Shown here: positions 6,996-14,225 of the stretch, piece by piece
Numbering within the stretch: the stretch's first letter is position 1
How the letters are laid out: each line of letters opens with the position of its first letter
From: an uncultured Nitrososphaerota archaeon
GTDB lineage: Archaea > Korarchaeota > Korarchaeia > Korarchaeales > Korarchaeaceae
Assembly (NCBI GenBank): GCA_964618805.1
Contig: CAZUBM010000035.1
Span: forward strand, 1-14,225
Reading direction: 5' to 3'
Length of the DNA stretch: 14,225 nucleotides
Made by a program: the position numbers and the translations under genes
The notes under the pieces: generated by a model
Database searches by the model: none
Told to the model about the DNA's origin: nothing
What the model saw: only the letters and a program-made list of their open reading frames with translations

Positions 6996-7874
6996 CTATC
7001 CCTCCTCATACTCATAATATTGTTTTAGTCTTTTCATAAGTAAATCTGCCAATCTTCTATAAGGAGTGCCGGGTTGAGAGTTGAAGAACTCTGATAGAAG
7101 CTTTAGAGTAGTTCCCCGTCTGAATATCGCCTTCATTATCCCTTCTTCCCATAGTTTGTCGTTTTCGAGAAGTTTCCTCCAATACCTTAATCCTAAGTTA
7201 TGGATTTCTTCAAAGCTCTTTTGAGGCGTAATATCAAAATCTATCTCTGGGAGTTCCGGTAGACTTTCTTTCCATCGCTTTAACCATGAAAGCATGTTAT
7301 CCCAGATATTGGGGTGCTGTAAATAATCAAATAGTTCTTTGCCATAAAAAAGATGAAGTTCTACACCATAAAATGCGCCCAATCTGTTCAACTCTCTAAG
7401 ATAATATTTCTTATTTTTTGAAAGATCGGGATCAATGAAATACATAATACCAATTAATCTAGAACCATGCTTTCTGTGCAGAACCTCAAGTTTCGTCTCA
7501 AAATTAGATATTTGCCCTCGTTTCTTCGTGGAGTCGTGGTCGTCTCTTACCTTTTGTTCAATGAAATAATATATCTTTCCATCTGTAAAGTATTGGTCTA
7601 ATGATAGCGTTTCTTCATGCTCATTGACTATATTCTTAGGTAGAACTTTATGTCCCATATCTTCCAGAATTCTCTCTACCAATTCTTCAACAGCGTCTCC
7701 AAACCGGATTTCATGTGATTGTAATAGATGCTGCAGAACTTTAGCACCAGGCTTTGTAGGTCTAAATAAACCTATGAAGCGTTCTGGCCTCTCAGCAATC
7801 TTGCGGAGCAGGTCTTTTTTCTCGCCTTCAAATATATGCTTATTTAGAATCGTGCAAAATTCTTCGTAATTCAT
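6996..7874 (-). CDS. Type II restriction endonuclease, HpyAIV-like (probably GANTC or a related site)
   Basis: PERFIGLFRPTKP…LLQSHEIRFGDA, LDQYF…FIEQKVRDDHDSTKKRGQISNF and MYFIDP (PD-(D/E)XK core). Cognate MTase lies two genes upstream. Confidence 0.8.
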   Translation of the reverse strand: MNYEEFCTILNKHIFEGEKKDLLRKIAERPERFIGLFRPTKPGAKVLQHLLQSHEIRFGDAVEELVERILEDMGHKVLPKNIVNEHEETLSLDQYFTDGKIYYFIEQKVRDDHDSTKKRGQISNFETKLEVLHRKHGSRLIGIMYFIDPDLSKNKKYYLRELNRLGAFYGVELHLFYGKELFDYLQHPNIWDNMLSWLKRWKESLPELPEIDFDITPQKSFEEIHNLGLRYWRKLLENDKLWEEGIMKAIFRRGTTLKLLSEFFNSQPGTPYRRLADLLMKRLKQYYEYEEG

Positions 7875-8881
7875 TTGACCTCCTTCAAATCCAACGTTTT
7901 TGTCTTTTCATGAAAATAGTACTTAATTAGCCTTATCGGCCTCTCTTTATAATCTCTTCTTCTCTTCACAAAATCTAGAACGTTATCGTTAAAGTCTGAT
8001 GCAACAGCAACTGGATGGACCTGTAACGGATTTCTTGCTCGGGTTCTTATAATCCACTTCTCGTAGGAGATGAGTTTCTGCAGTTCCTGCATAGTAAACT
8101 TATAATGTTTCAATTCTAGTATTTGATACCACAATATATCATCTCCATTGTACTTCAGAAGAAGAATATCAATTTCCTTTCTAGCTCCAGTAGGCACATT
8201 AGCAATAAAATCATCGTAATTGCCAAACAGTTCCTTATGCCTTCCGTCTGCAAAATCCTCTAGAAGTAGCGCTTGTAGAGCTGCTTCATAGTGTAATTGT
8301 CCCTGTCTGTCTGTGCGAAACTCTATGGGAAGCGGGTTTCGCTTCTTTATCGGTTTTTGATAATGTATTTCGGGTCCCTCTACAATATTGTTTGCTTTTA
8401 GAAGCCGCTCAATGCATTTGGCCTCCATCTTCGTGATTCCTACACAAGCATGCCTTCCCACGGCATCACCCCGACTTTGCTGGAGCGTCCAAACTTTTCC
8501 CTCATCTCTTAAAGCCCATATTTCATCGATATTTATAGGATTTTGAAAATTATGAATGCATTTGAATTCAACGCGAAATGGTAACGTTTTGTTGACATAC
8601 TTTGCTCCTGGGAAAAGTGGACTGGGGTCAAAATATGGTTTGGAAGTTGCCTCAAATATCCCTATAAGCTCTGGAGGATGTTTCTCACTAACCATACGAT
8701 TAAAAAGTAAAATGTCTCCAGGGCGAATACCAGAAATTTCTGCAATAGCTGATTGCCGTTGTGCATTTGCCTGCCTATTATTTGGGTGAGTAGTTAGAGG
8801 GTCGTTGATCGCTGCAATACCTACTCTATTGTGTTCTTTCCAGGTGTTGTCATTAACTATAAAAATTCTGGTCTTTTTCAT
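7871..8881 (-). CDS. EVE/PUA-like domain fused to a NucS/Mrr-like PD-(D/E)XK nuclease (putative modification-dependent restriction enzyme)
   Basis: N-terminal IRPGDILLF…IGIFEATSKPYFD…PFRVEF (EVE-like). C-terminal YEAALQ…EIDILL…ILELK…LQKLISY. ATGA overlaps with both neighbours. Confidence 0.75.
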   Translation of the reverse strand: MKKTRIFIVNDNTWKEHNRVGIAAINDPLTTHPNNRQANAQRQSAIAEISGIRPGDILLFNRMVSEKHPPELIGIFEATSKPYFDPSPLFPGAKYVNKTLPFRVEFKCIHNFQNPINIDEIWALRDEGKVWTLQQSRGDAVGRHACVGITKMEAKCIERLLKANNIVEGPEIHYQKPIKKRNPLPIEFRTDRQGQLHYEAALQALLLEDFADGRHKELFGNYDDFIANVPTGARKEIDILLLKYNGDDILWYQILELKHYKFTMQELQKLISYEKWIIRTRARNPLQVHPVAVASDFNDNVLDFVKRRRDYKERPIRLIKYYFHEKTKTLDLKEVK

Positions 8882-9825
8882 TTGAATCCCTCCAATTTCA
8901 TATATTGGTTTACTTTTCGTTTGCTGGTTTTTGGTGTCTCTTGTATTATTAATGGTCGTTGAAACCTCTTTTCAATGCCCTTTACATATTTCGGGTTGAT
9001 TTCTACCATGATGAAATCCCGCTCGAATGCTCGCGCAACATACCCCGTTGTGCCAGTCCCAGCTACGGGATCCAAAACTAGGTCTCCCTTTTTTGTGGAT
9101 GTTAGAATAACCCTTTTAAGTAGCTCTACAGGTTTTTGTGTAGAATGCAGTTTCTTGCCTTCCTCGTCTTTCAGCCTCTCCTTACCACTGCATAAAGGCA
9201 ATACCCAGACATTTGCACCTACCTTTCCAATTCCAAACGCTTTTGCATAATCTCTATTGAATGTGTATTTCTTAGCATTTTTGTCTTTAACTGCCCAGAT
9301 GAGGGTTTCGGTTGCATTTGTAAATCTGACACCTAACCAATTTGGCATTGGATTAGTCTTTACCCAAATCACGTTATTCAGTATCCAGTAACCTAAGTCC
9401 TGCATAATTTTCCCGATTCTAAAAATACTATGATATGTGCTTATTACCCATATCGTTGCATTGGGCTTCATCAATCTTCTTACCTCTGTGAGTAATCTTC
9501 GGATAAACTCATCGTATTCTTCGAATGAAGAAAATTGATCCCATGCGTCATTAACCCCTTCCACAATAGTTTTCACTTTCCACCGCCTTAACTGCTTTTC
9601 CGGTAATTGTAGGAAATAAGGTGGATCAATAAATACCATATCAGCAATTTCATTATCTAATTTTTTGAGAACTTCAAAAGCGTCTCCTAGAATGACCTTA
9701 TTTCTTACTTCCTCAAGTGAATACTTCTGCTTAGCAGGCGAATCTTCTATGACAAGGTTCATAATATTATTTTGGTAGGCACTATTATTAAATAAACTTC
9801 TTTGCATCTTTTCTCTTGCATCCAT
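8878..9825 (-). CDS. Beta-class N6-adenine DNA methyltransferase, CcrM/M.HinfI-like
   Basis: DPPY precedes DPVAGTGTT. Family signatures WDQFSSFEEYD, YHSIFRIGKIMQDLGYWILN…WVKTNPMPN…RFTNA and LCSGKERLKD…HSTQKP. Confidence 0.92.
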   Translation of the reverse strand: MDAREKMQRSLFNNSAYQNNIMNLVIEDSPAKQKYSLEEVRNKVILGDAFEVLKKLDNEIADMVFIDPPYFLQLPEKQLRRWKVKTIVEGVNDAWDQFSSFEEYDEFIRRLLTEVRRLMKPNATIWVISTYHSIFRIGKIMQDLGYWILNNVIWVKTNPMPNWLGVRFTNATETLIWAVKDKNAKKYTFNRDYAKAFGIGKVGANVWVLPLCSGKERLKDEEGKKLHSTQKPVELLKRVILTSTKKGDLVLDPVAGTGTTGYVARAFERDFIMVEINPKYVKGIEKRFQRPLIIQETPKTSKRKVNQYMKLEGFK

Positions 9826-9828
9826 CCT

Positions 9829-11241
9829 TTACTTTCCCTTCAAAAAAGGTGAAAAGCATGAGCAACACTCTCCGTAGCAGTAAGAATCAACCACACTTCT
9901 AGTAGCATCATAAAGTATGCCTACATCCCCATCATTATGCCAGATGTACTTTGTAGTCCACTTGAGGTCATTCGGAGGGTTATCATAGGCATCAGGACCG
10001 CTGTGGATGCGTACCGAAGCACCTGGCCCGAGCACGTACCCGCTAGGGAAATTATACCACTGATCAGCTGGTTCGCAACCGCCATCTATGTTCTTATAGC
10101 TTTGAATCTTCCAGTTCGTCATGTCCTGCGAGGCAGTGCCTTGATTCGTGATCTGGATGTACTCGTCACGCGTCTCGTAGCGGATGTAAGTGATTACCAA
10201 GTTGCCCGTTGGCACCTCTGTCGGTGTTGGGGTAAGCGTGGGGGTTGCTGTAGGAGTCAAAGTTGGTGTTAACGTTGGTGTTGCAGGCGTGGCTGTAGTC
10301 GTTGGAGTAGGTGTAGCTACTGGTGGTACGGGCTGGTAACTCTTCAGGATGATGGGAAGGAAGACTGTATGAGTTAATCCTCGCGAGGCAGAAACAGAGT
10401 AGGTTGAGCCATCAGTCGTAACTATGATTGTGCCTTGTTCATCAGTTCTGTAGATTTTTGCTCCAACAGCCTGCAAACGGCTGATTGTTTCGGGGTGAGG
10501 ATGGCCATAAGGATTGTCAGCACCAACTGAAATAATAGCGACTTCTGGCTGGACAGCGGAAAGAAATTCAGCACTGGAGGAATATCTGCTCCCATGATGC
10601 GCAACCTTCAGAACCTCTGCTTCCAATGAATAACCACTGCTTAGCATCCGATTCTCAGCCCCAGTCTCAGCATCTCCAGTCAGCAGGAAGTCTACGGAAC
10701 CGTAAGAGACTTTTAGCACGACTGAATTCTCGTTCTTATCGGCGTACAATGGCTCTGAGGGGTTAAGAACAAGAGCAGTGACTTCGCCCCAAGAGTAGCT
10801 CTCTCCCATCCTTACCGTTGCTGTGAGCACGCCGTTATCCGTTAGAGCTTGGTAGAAATCCTGGCACGTGGTGGTCGTGCAACTCTGCGAGTCCAACCAT
10901 GCTTCTGCCACAGGCATAGCTGATAATACTTCTATGAGCCCACCTATGTGATCTGCATCGCCGTGAGTGGCAACCATTAGTTCGATGTCAGCAACGCCAT
11001 GCTCGTTCAAGTAGGCAACGACGGTAGGGCCGGCCTGTGCCTTGCCTCCGTCCACCAGCACGTCATCACCGTTCGGCAAGTGTAGCCAGCAGGAGTCTCC
11101 TTGGCCGACGTCTATGAAAGTAACGATAAGCGGAGCTGTTGCTGTGATGTTTTCCTGAAAGACTGGAGTGGCGATGAGGAGGAGGATGATGCTGGCTATG
11201 GTGAGTTTGAGGAGAGCATAGAAAGGGTTCCTTTTCACCAT
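9829..11241 (-). CDS. Secreted ComEC/Rec2-type metallo-beta-lactamase-fold nuclease with Pro/Thr linker and C-terminal lamin-tail domain
   Basis: Signal peptide; FIDVGQGD, LVDGG, THGDADHIGG, NENSVV, LLTGDAE, LKVAHHGS, NPYGHP, YRTDEQG; PT repeats; LTD-like DEYIQITN…DMTNWKI…FPSGYVLGPG…IWHNDGD. Confidence 0.9.
   Translation of the reverse strand: MVKRNPFYALLKLTIASIILLLIATPVFQENITATAPLIVTFIDVGQGDSCWLHLPNGDDVLVDGGKAQAGPTVVAYLNEHGVADIELMVATHGDADHIGGLIEVLSAMPVAEAWLDSQSCTTTTCQDFYQALTDNGVLTATVRMGESYSWGEVTALVLNPSEPLYADKNENSVVLKVSYGSVDFLLTGDAETGAENRMLSSGYSLEAEVLKVAHHGSRYSSSAEFLSAVQPEVAIISVGADNPYGHPHPETISRLQAVGAKIYRTDEQGTIIVTTDGSTYSVSASRGLTHTVFLPIILKSYQPVPPVATPTPTTTATPATPTLTPTLTPTATPTLTPTPTEVPTGNLVITYIRYETRDEYIQITNQGTASQDMTNWKIQSYKNIDGGCEPADQWYNFPSGYVLGPGASVRIHSGPDAYDNPPNDLKWTTKYIWHNDGDVGILYDATRSVVDSYCYGECCSCFSPFLKGK
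10207..10332 (-). repeat. Pro/Thr-rich low-complexity linker with degenerate 12-bp units
   Basis: Encodes PVPPVATPTPTTTATPATPTLTPTLTPTATPTLTPTPTEVPT. GTTGGTGTT-like units on the + strand. Confidence 0.85.
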
Positions 11242-11684
11242 TCCGCCCTTTTAGCTAATGGGTTTTCTTGATTGGACCTTACTCAGGTAAAAGGAATCTA
11301 TCCCGAGGAATACCAAGGAATTCGGGTCACTTGGCCACATACACTACATACAGTAATGTCTGCTTCTAAAACTTGCACATCAGGTTATCTACTTGGAGAT
11401 ATTTCTTTCATTTTTAATTGATCGAATCTTCCTTTACCAACTGTAACCATATTTGGATCGCAATTATTATATATATTTGTGGTTTCGGCTAAATCATTCC
11501 ATATCCGGATGAATTTTCGCATACCATTGTTATATCATAACTGGACAACTGAAGCAATTGCGCTGCTACTTGAATTGAAAGCTTGCAGACACTTCCAACT
11601 TGAAAGCCATAAGGGCCAATGACTAATTGTTTCTACAACAATTAAATTAAAAAGGATACGCCCACAAATAGAACTTAGAGGCAA

Positions 11685-12269
11685 ATGAGTTTAACTGAAG
11701 TAATCTTCAACGCAATGCTTATCCTCACCTCCCTGCTAACCCCAACTAATCCTTCCACATCACAAATATCACTGGAAGCAGTTGACACACAGACTCCAAC
11801 CCCCAAGATCGTTTTCTACAACTACAGCTATGTCACCTATTCCTCCCCATTTGCTATGAACTATTCTGAGATATTGTTTGGAGACATCTACACCCCTATA
11901 CAAACGTCCGAAGAAATCACAGAGAGTAAGGTCATCAAGAAAGAGGTTAGTGAAAAGGAAGAAAGGGAGAGGTTTTCATTTGATTGGATCATAGAAGCTG
12001 AGAGGAAATGTAATCTGCCAGAGGGCGCTAAGATAGAAATAGTGGCTGATGAGACCTACACTATGCAAAAAGAAGGTGCTGAACTAAGGATTCAGCGAGC
12101 TCGCTGTTCTGGATGCGATATAACCATTGAGTTCACAGAGTATCCGCAATCAATAGAAGATGCTAAGAGATTGTTAGATGAAGGCAAAGCGAACTATATC
12201 CTGCACAAAAGCGCCATAAGGCTATTCTGGAAATACTCTAAGACCCTTTCTTGTATCAAGAATCTATGA
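11685..12269 (+). CDS. Hypothetical protein, probably exported or membrane-anchored
   Basis: Hydrophobic N-terminus followed by a Thr/Pro/Ser-rich stretch. GAGG SD. One CSGC motif. Family not recognised. Confidence 0.7.
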   Translation: MSLTEVIFNAMLILTSLLTPTNPSTSQISLEAVDTQTPTPKIVFYNYSYVTYSSPFAMNYSEILFGDIYTPIQTSEEITESKVIKKEVSEKEERERFSFDWIIEAERKCNLPEGAKIEIVADETYTMQKEGAELRIQRARCSGCDITIEFTEYPQSIEDAKRLLDEGKANYILHKSAIRLFWKYSKTLSCIKNL

Positions 12270-12273
12270 CCTT

Positions 12274-13473
12274 TCATTCAGGTTTGGGAGCCTTTGTCTT
12301 GTAAAGGAAGACGATGATGCCAACAACAGCTAAAATCCCAACTCCAATGAACATAGAGGTCTTGACTACATTCCCAGTTATCGATAATCCTCCCGCAGTT
12401 GTCGTTGTTGTTTCTATGGTGGGTGCATTCAAAGCTGCACTATAAGCATCGTCGGCTTTTCCTTTCGCAGATTTAGCTTCAGAAACCGCTTTTTCAGCGT
12501 AAGCTTTAGCGCTTGAATAATCCTCATTTGCAAATGCATCGTTAGCCCTCTCAAGATAATCCTGAGCTGAATCAAAACTAGTCTGTGCTTCGCTTAGTAA
12601 GCTTTGTGCCTCACTCACATCTTTGTTTTGTGCAACGGCCTGAGAGATCGCATTCTGAGCTGTCGTTATGCTAGATTGAGCTGTTGTTATGGAATTTTGG
12701 GCATTGGAAATGCTCCCTGAAGCAGCAACTTTTGCCTTGTAGGTATCAATCTTGTTTTGAGTATCGGCTTGTGCACTTGATGCATAGGATTTCGCATTGT
12801 CCGCAAATTGTTCGGCTGTAGTTGCATAATCTGAGGCGACATCAAAATTGCTTAGGTCATTCCTACAAGAATCAAAACTATCCTGTGCGGAATCGTAATA
12901 ACTTTCGGCACTTGCAAGAGAATCTTTAGCTTTTGCTAGATAGTCATCGGCAGTGCTTGTATCAAGGTTATAGGATCTGGCCTCGTTTATCTTTTGCTCT
13001 GCCTTTCTGATTGCGCTCCTTGCTTCATCCATGGCACTTGATGCAGAAGACATGTCTTCTATTGCTTGCTTTTCTTGGTCTGAGGGTTCAGAGTTTATTG
13101 TTACCGAAATCGTACGGGTTTCAACATTGCCACCAGTTCTACCCTTAATCTCAATCTGTTTAACTGTTGTGGTCGTGGGTGTTCCGCCATAAGGTGCACG
13201 GACTTCGATTTCTGGATATAGACTTTGACGGGGACTCGCAGTACGTGACCAAACCACTTCACCGTCGTAGAGGACATCGAAATTGATTTTCTTAAAATGC
13301 TCTAAGCTATGGATTTCAAAGCTTACCTCACCGCTCTGGCAGTTCTTGAGGTTAAAAACGGTAGATGAAATGTCCTTCACTTCGTAACGCTGTGCATTGG
13401 CTATTGTAGAAATCAAGAGAAGAGTCATCAAGAACGAAGTTGCCATTATGCTTTGATAGGTCTTCATAATCAT
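12274..13473 (-). CDS. Cell-surface protein: signal peptide, beta-rich domain, two Ala-rich helical repeats, Thr linker, C-terminal TM anchor
   Basis: N-terminal signal; two similar helical units of about 105 aa; TTTTT…ITGNVV, then a TM helix and basic tail. Confidence 0.85.
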   Translation of the reverse strand: MIMKTYQSIMATSFLMTLLLISTIANAQRYEVKDISSTVFNLKNCQSGEVSFEIHSLEHFKKINFDVLYDGEVVWSRTASPRQSLYPEIEVRAPYGGTPTTTTVKQIEIKGRTGGNVETRTISVTINSEPSDQEKQAIEDMSSASSAMDEARSAIRKAEQKINEARSYNLDTSTADDYLAKAKDSLASAESYYDSAQDSFDSCRNDLSNFDVASDYATTAEQFADNAKSYASSAQADTQNKIDTYKAKVAASGSISNAQNSITTAQSSITTAQNAISQAVAQNKDVSEAQSLLSEAQTSFDSAQDYLERANDAFANEDYSSAKAYAEKAVSEAKSAKGKADDAYSAALNAPTIETTTTTAGGLSITGNVVKTSMFIGVGILAVVGIIVFLYKTKAPKPE

Positions 13474-13488
13474 TTAATGTATTGTAAG

Positions 13489-13500
13489 ATATTTAAATAT
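13489..13500 (-). promoter_or_regulatory. Putative TATA box (palindromic ATATTTAAATAT) for the surface protein gene
   Basis: Centred about 27 bp upstream of the second in-frame ATG (13467). Confidence 0.4.
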
Positions 13501-13583
13501 AATCATCACAACTCGCTACCCCTTAAACCTTAGGTGATTCAGGCGAAGAGATGGTCTTATACGAGAACCTTTGCACGAAAGAC

Positions 13584-13892
13584 CTAAAACTCCCACTTTA
13601 CCCTGGGAACCCTTGGCTTTTCCTCCGCTATCTTGGCTATGCATTCTAGTGCTATCAACCCCTTTGATGTTATCAAATATTGCTTTCCTTTCTTTGCGAT
13701 GTAATCAAATTCTAGGAGTTTATGGAGGTGCTGGTATATCTCGTAGGAGCTTGTCGCCAATCTCAGCTTCTCAAAATCTCCTTTGATGTCGGTATAGCAC
13801 ATGGGCCCCTTCTCCAGCATGGAAAGGATGACAAGTCTTTTGGTAGAGGCAAATACCCGTGAAACTTCTCTAATGGGCTTGATGTCCCTCAT
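13584..13892 (-). CDS. ArsR-like winged-helix transcriptional regulator
   Basis: VFASTKRLVILSMLEKGPMCYTDI…IYQHLHKLLEFDYI…YLITSKG. Confidence 0.85.
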   Translation of the reverse strand: MRDIKPIREVSRVFASTKRLVILSMLEKGPMCYTDIKGDFEKLRLATSSYEIYQHLHKLLEFDYIAKKGKQYLITSKGLIALECIAKIAEEKPRVPRVKWEF

Positions 13893-14225
13893 ATAGTAAT
13901 ATTTTTCCTTATCAATAGAAATAAATCATTGCTTTTTCCTTCTTGCCCTTTATAAGAATTTCGTGATGGTGTTCAGCTTTCATCTTTTCACTATATCTAA
14001 CTCGACTTTGCACTGGCTTGGAAAGGCCAAAGGACATTAACAACGGCAGACACTCAAGCCCTTGTTTCGGGAGAGGTCCGCAGGATCATAAAAATACGTA
14101 TTGTGCGGAGTTGGGTATGGATTGGAGGAGTGAGGTAGTATCCTCGAAAACCCTGCTTGTCGGCTAGTGGGTCGCTCTTTTATTTTTCTAGTTTTCTAGG
14201 CCGAAAATTAAATGTTGCTTTTCTT

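Larger units (their letters stand above)
77..13892. mobile_element. Archaeal integrative element or plasmid with its own Orc1/Cdc6 replicon and defence cargo (boundaries not determined)
   Basis: Integrase, candidate att, cdc6 with ORB-like boxes, HerA/VirB4-like ATPase module and RM cargo. No housekeeping genes. Mosaic GC content. Confidence 0.75.

Noticed and set aside
9829-11241. Bona fide comEC competence channel
   Set aside because: Only the MBL domain is present, without the multi-pass competence domain, so no gene symbol was assigned.
2026-13786. Remaining short ORFs nested in larger genes (2026, 3183, 4127, 4382, 4907, 5235, 5254, 5683, 7624, 8556, 8975, 9937, 10422, 13571)
   Set aside because: Fully or largely overlap well-supported CDSs, and many have the Ser/Leu/Phe-rich composition of shadow frames.

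Overview
An archaeal accessory region that looks like an integrative element able to replicate on its own. Archaeal origin is supported by GGTGA/GGAGG ribosome-binding sites, TATA-type leaderless starts and an Orc1/Cdc6 gene. A tyrosine integrase with a C-terminal zinc ribbon is divergent from a short orc1/cdc6. Their 282-bp intergenic region holds three regularly spaced GTTATAAC palindromes, a GC-rich 14-mer resembling a tRNA 3' end (candidate att site) and ORB-like origin boxes with a G-string. Next come a stand-alone HEPN/DUF5677-like gene and a four-gene module: a wHTH protein, two tiny Cys-rich proteins, and a zinc ribbon-HerA/VirB4-like ATPase-wHTH-PD-(D/E)XK fusion. A tightly coupled five-gene cargo operon follows: a secreted ComEC-like MBL-LTD nuclease, a CcrM/HinfI-type adenine MTase, an EVE-PD-(D/E)XK nuclease, an HpyAIV-like restriction enzyme and a zinc-ribbon protein. 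The window ends with two exported proteins, an ArsR-like regulator and a hairpin-rich non-coding tail. All family calls come from motif recognition by eye; no searches were run.
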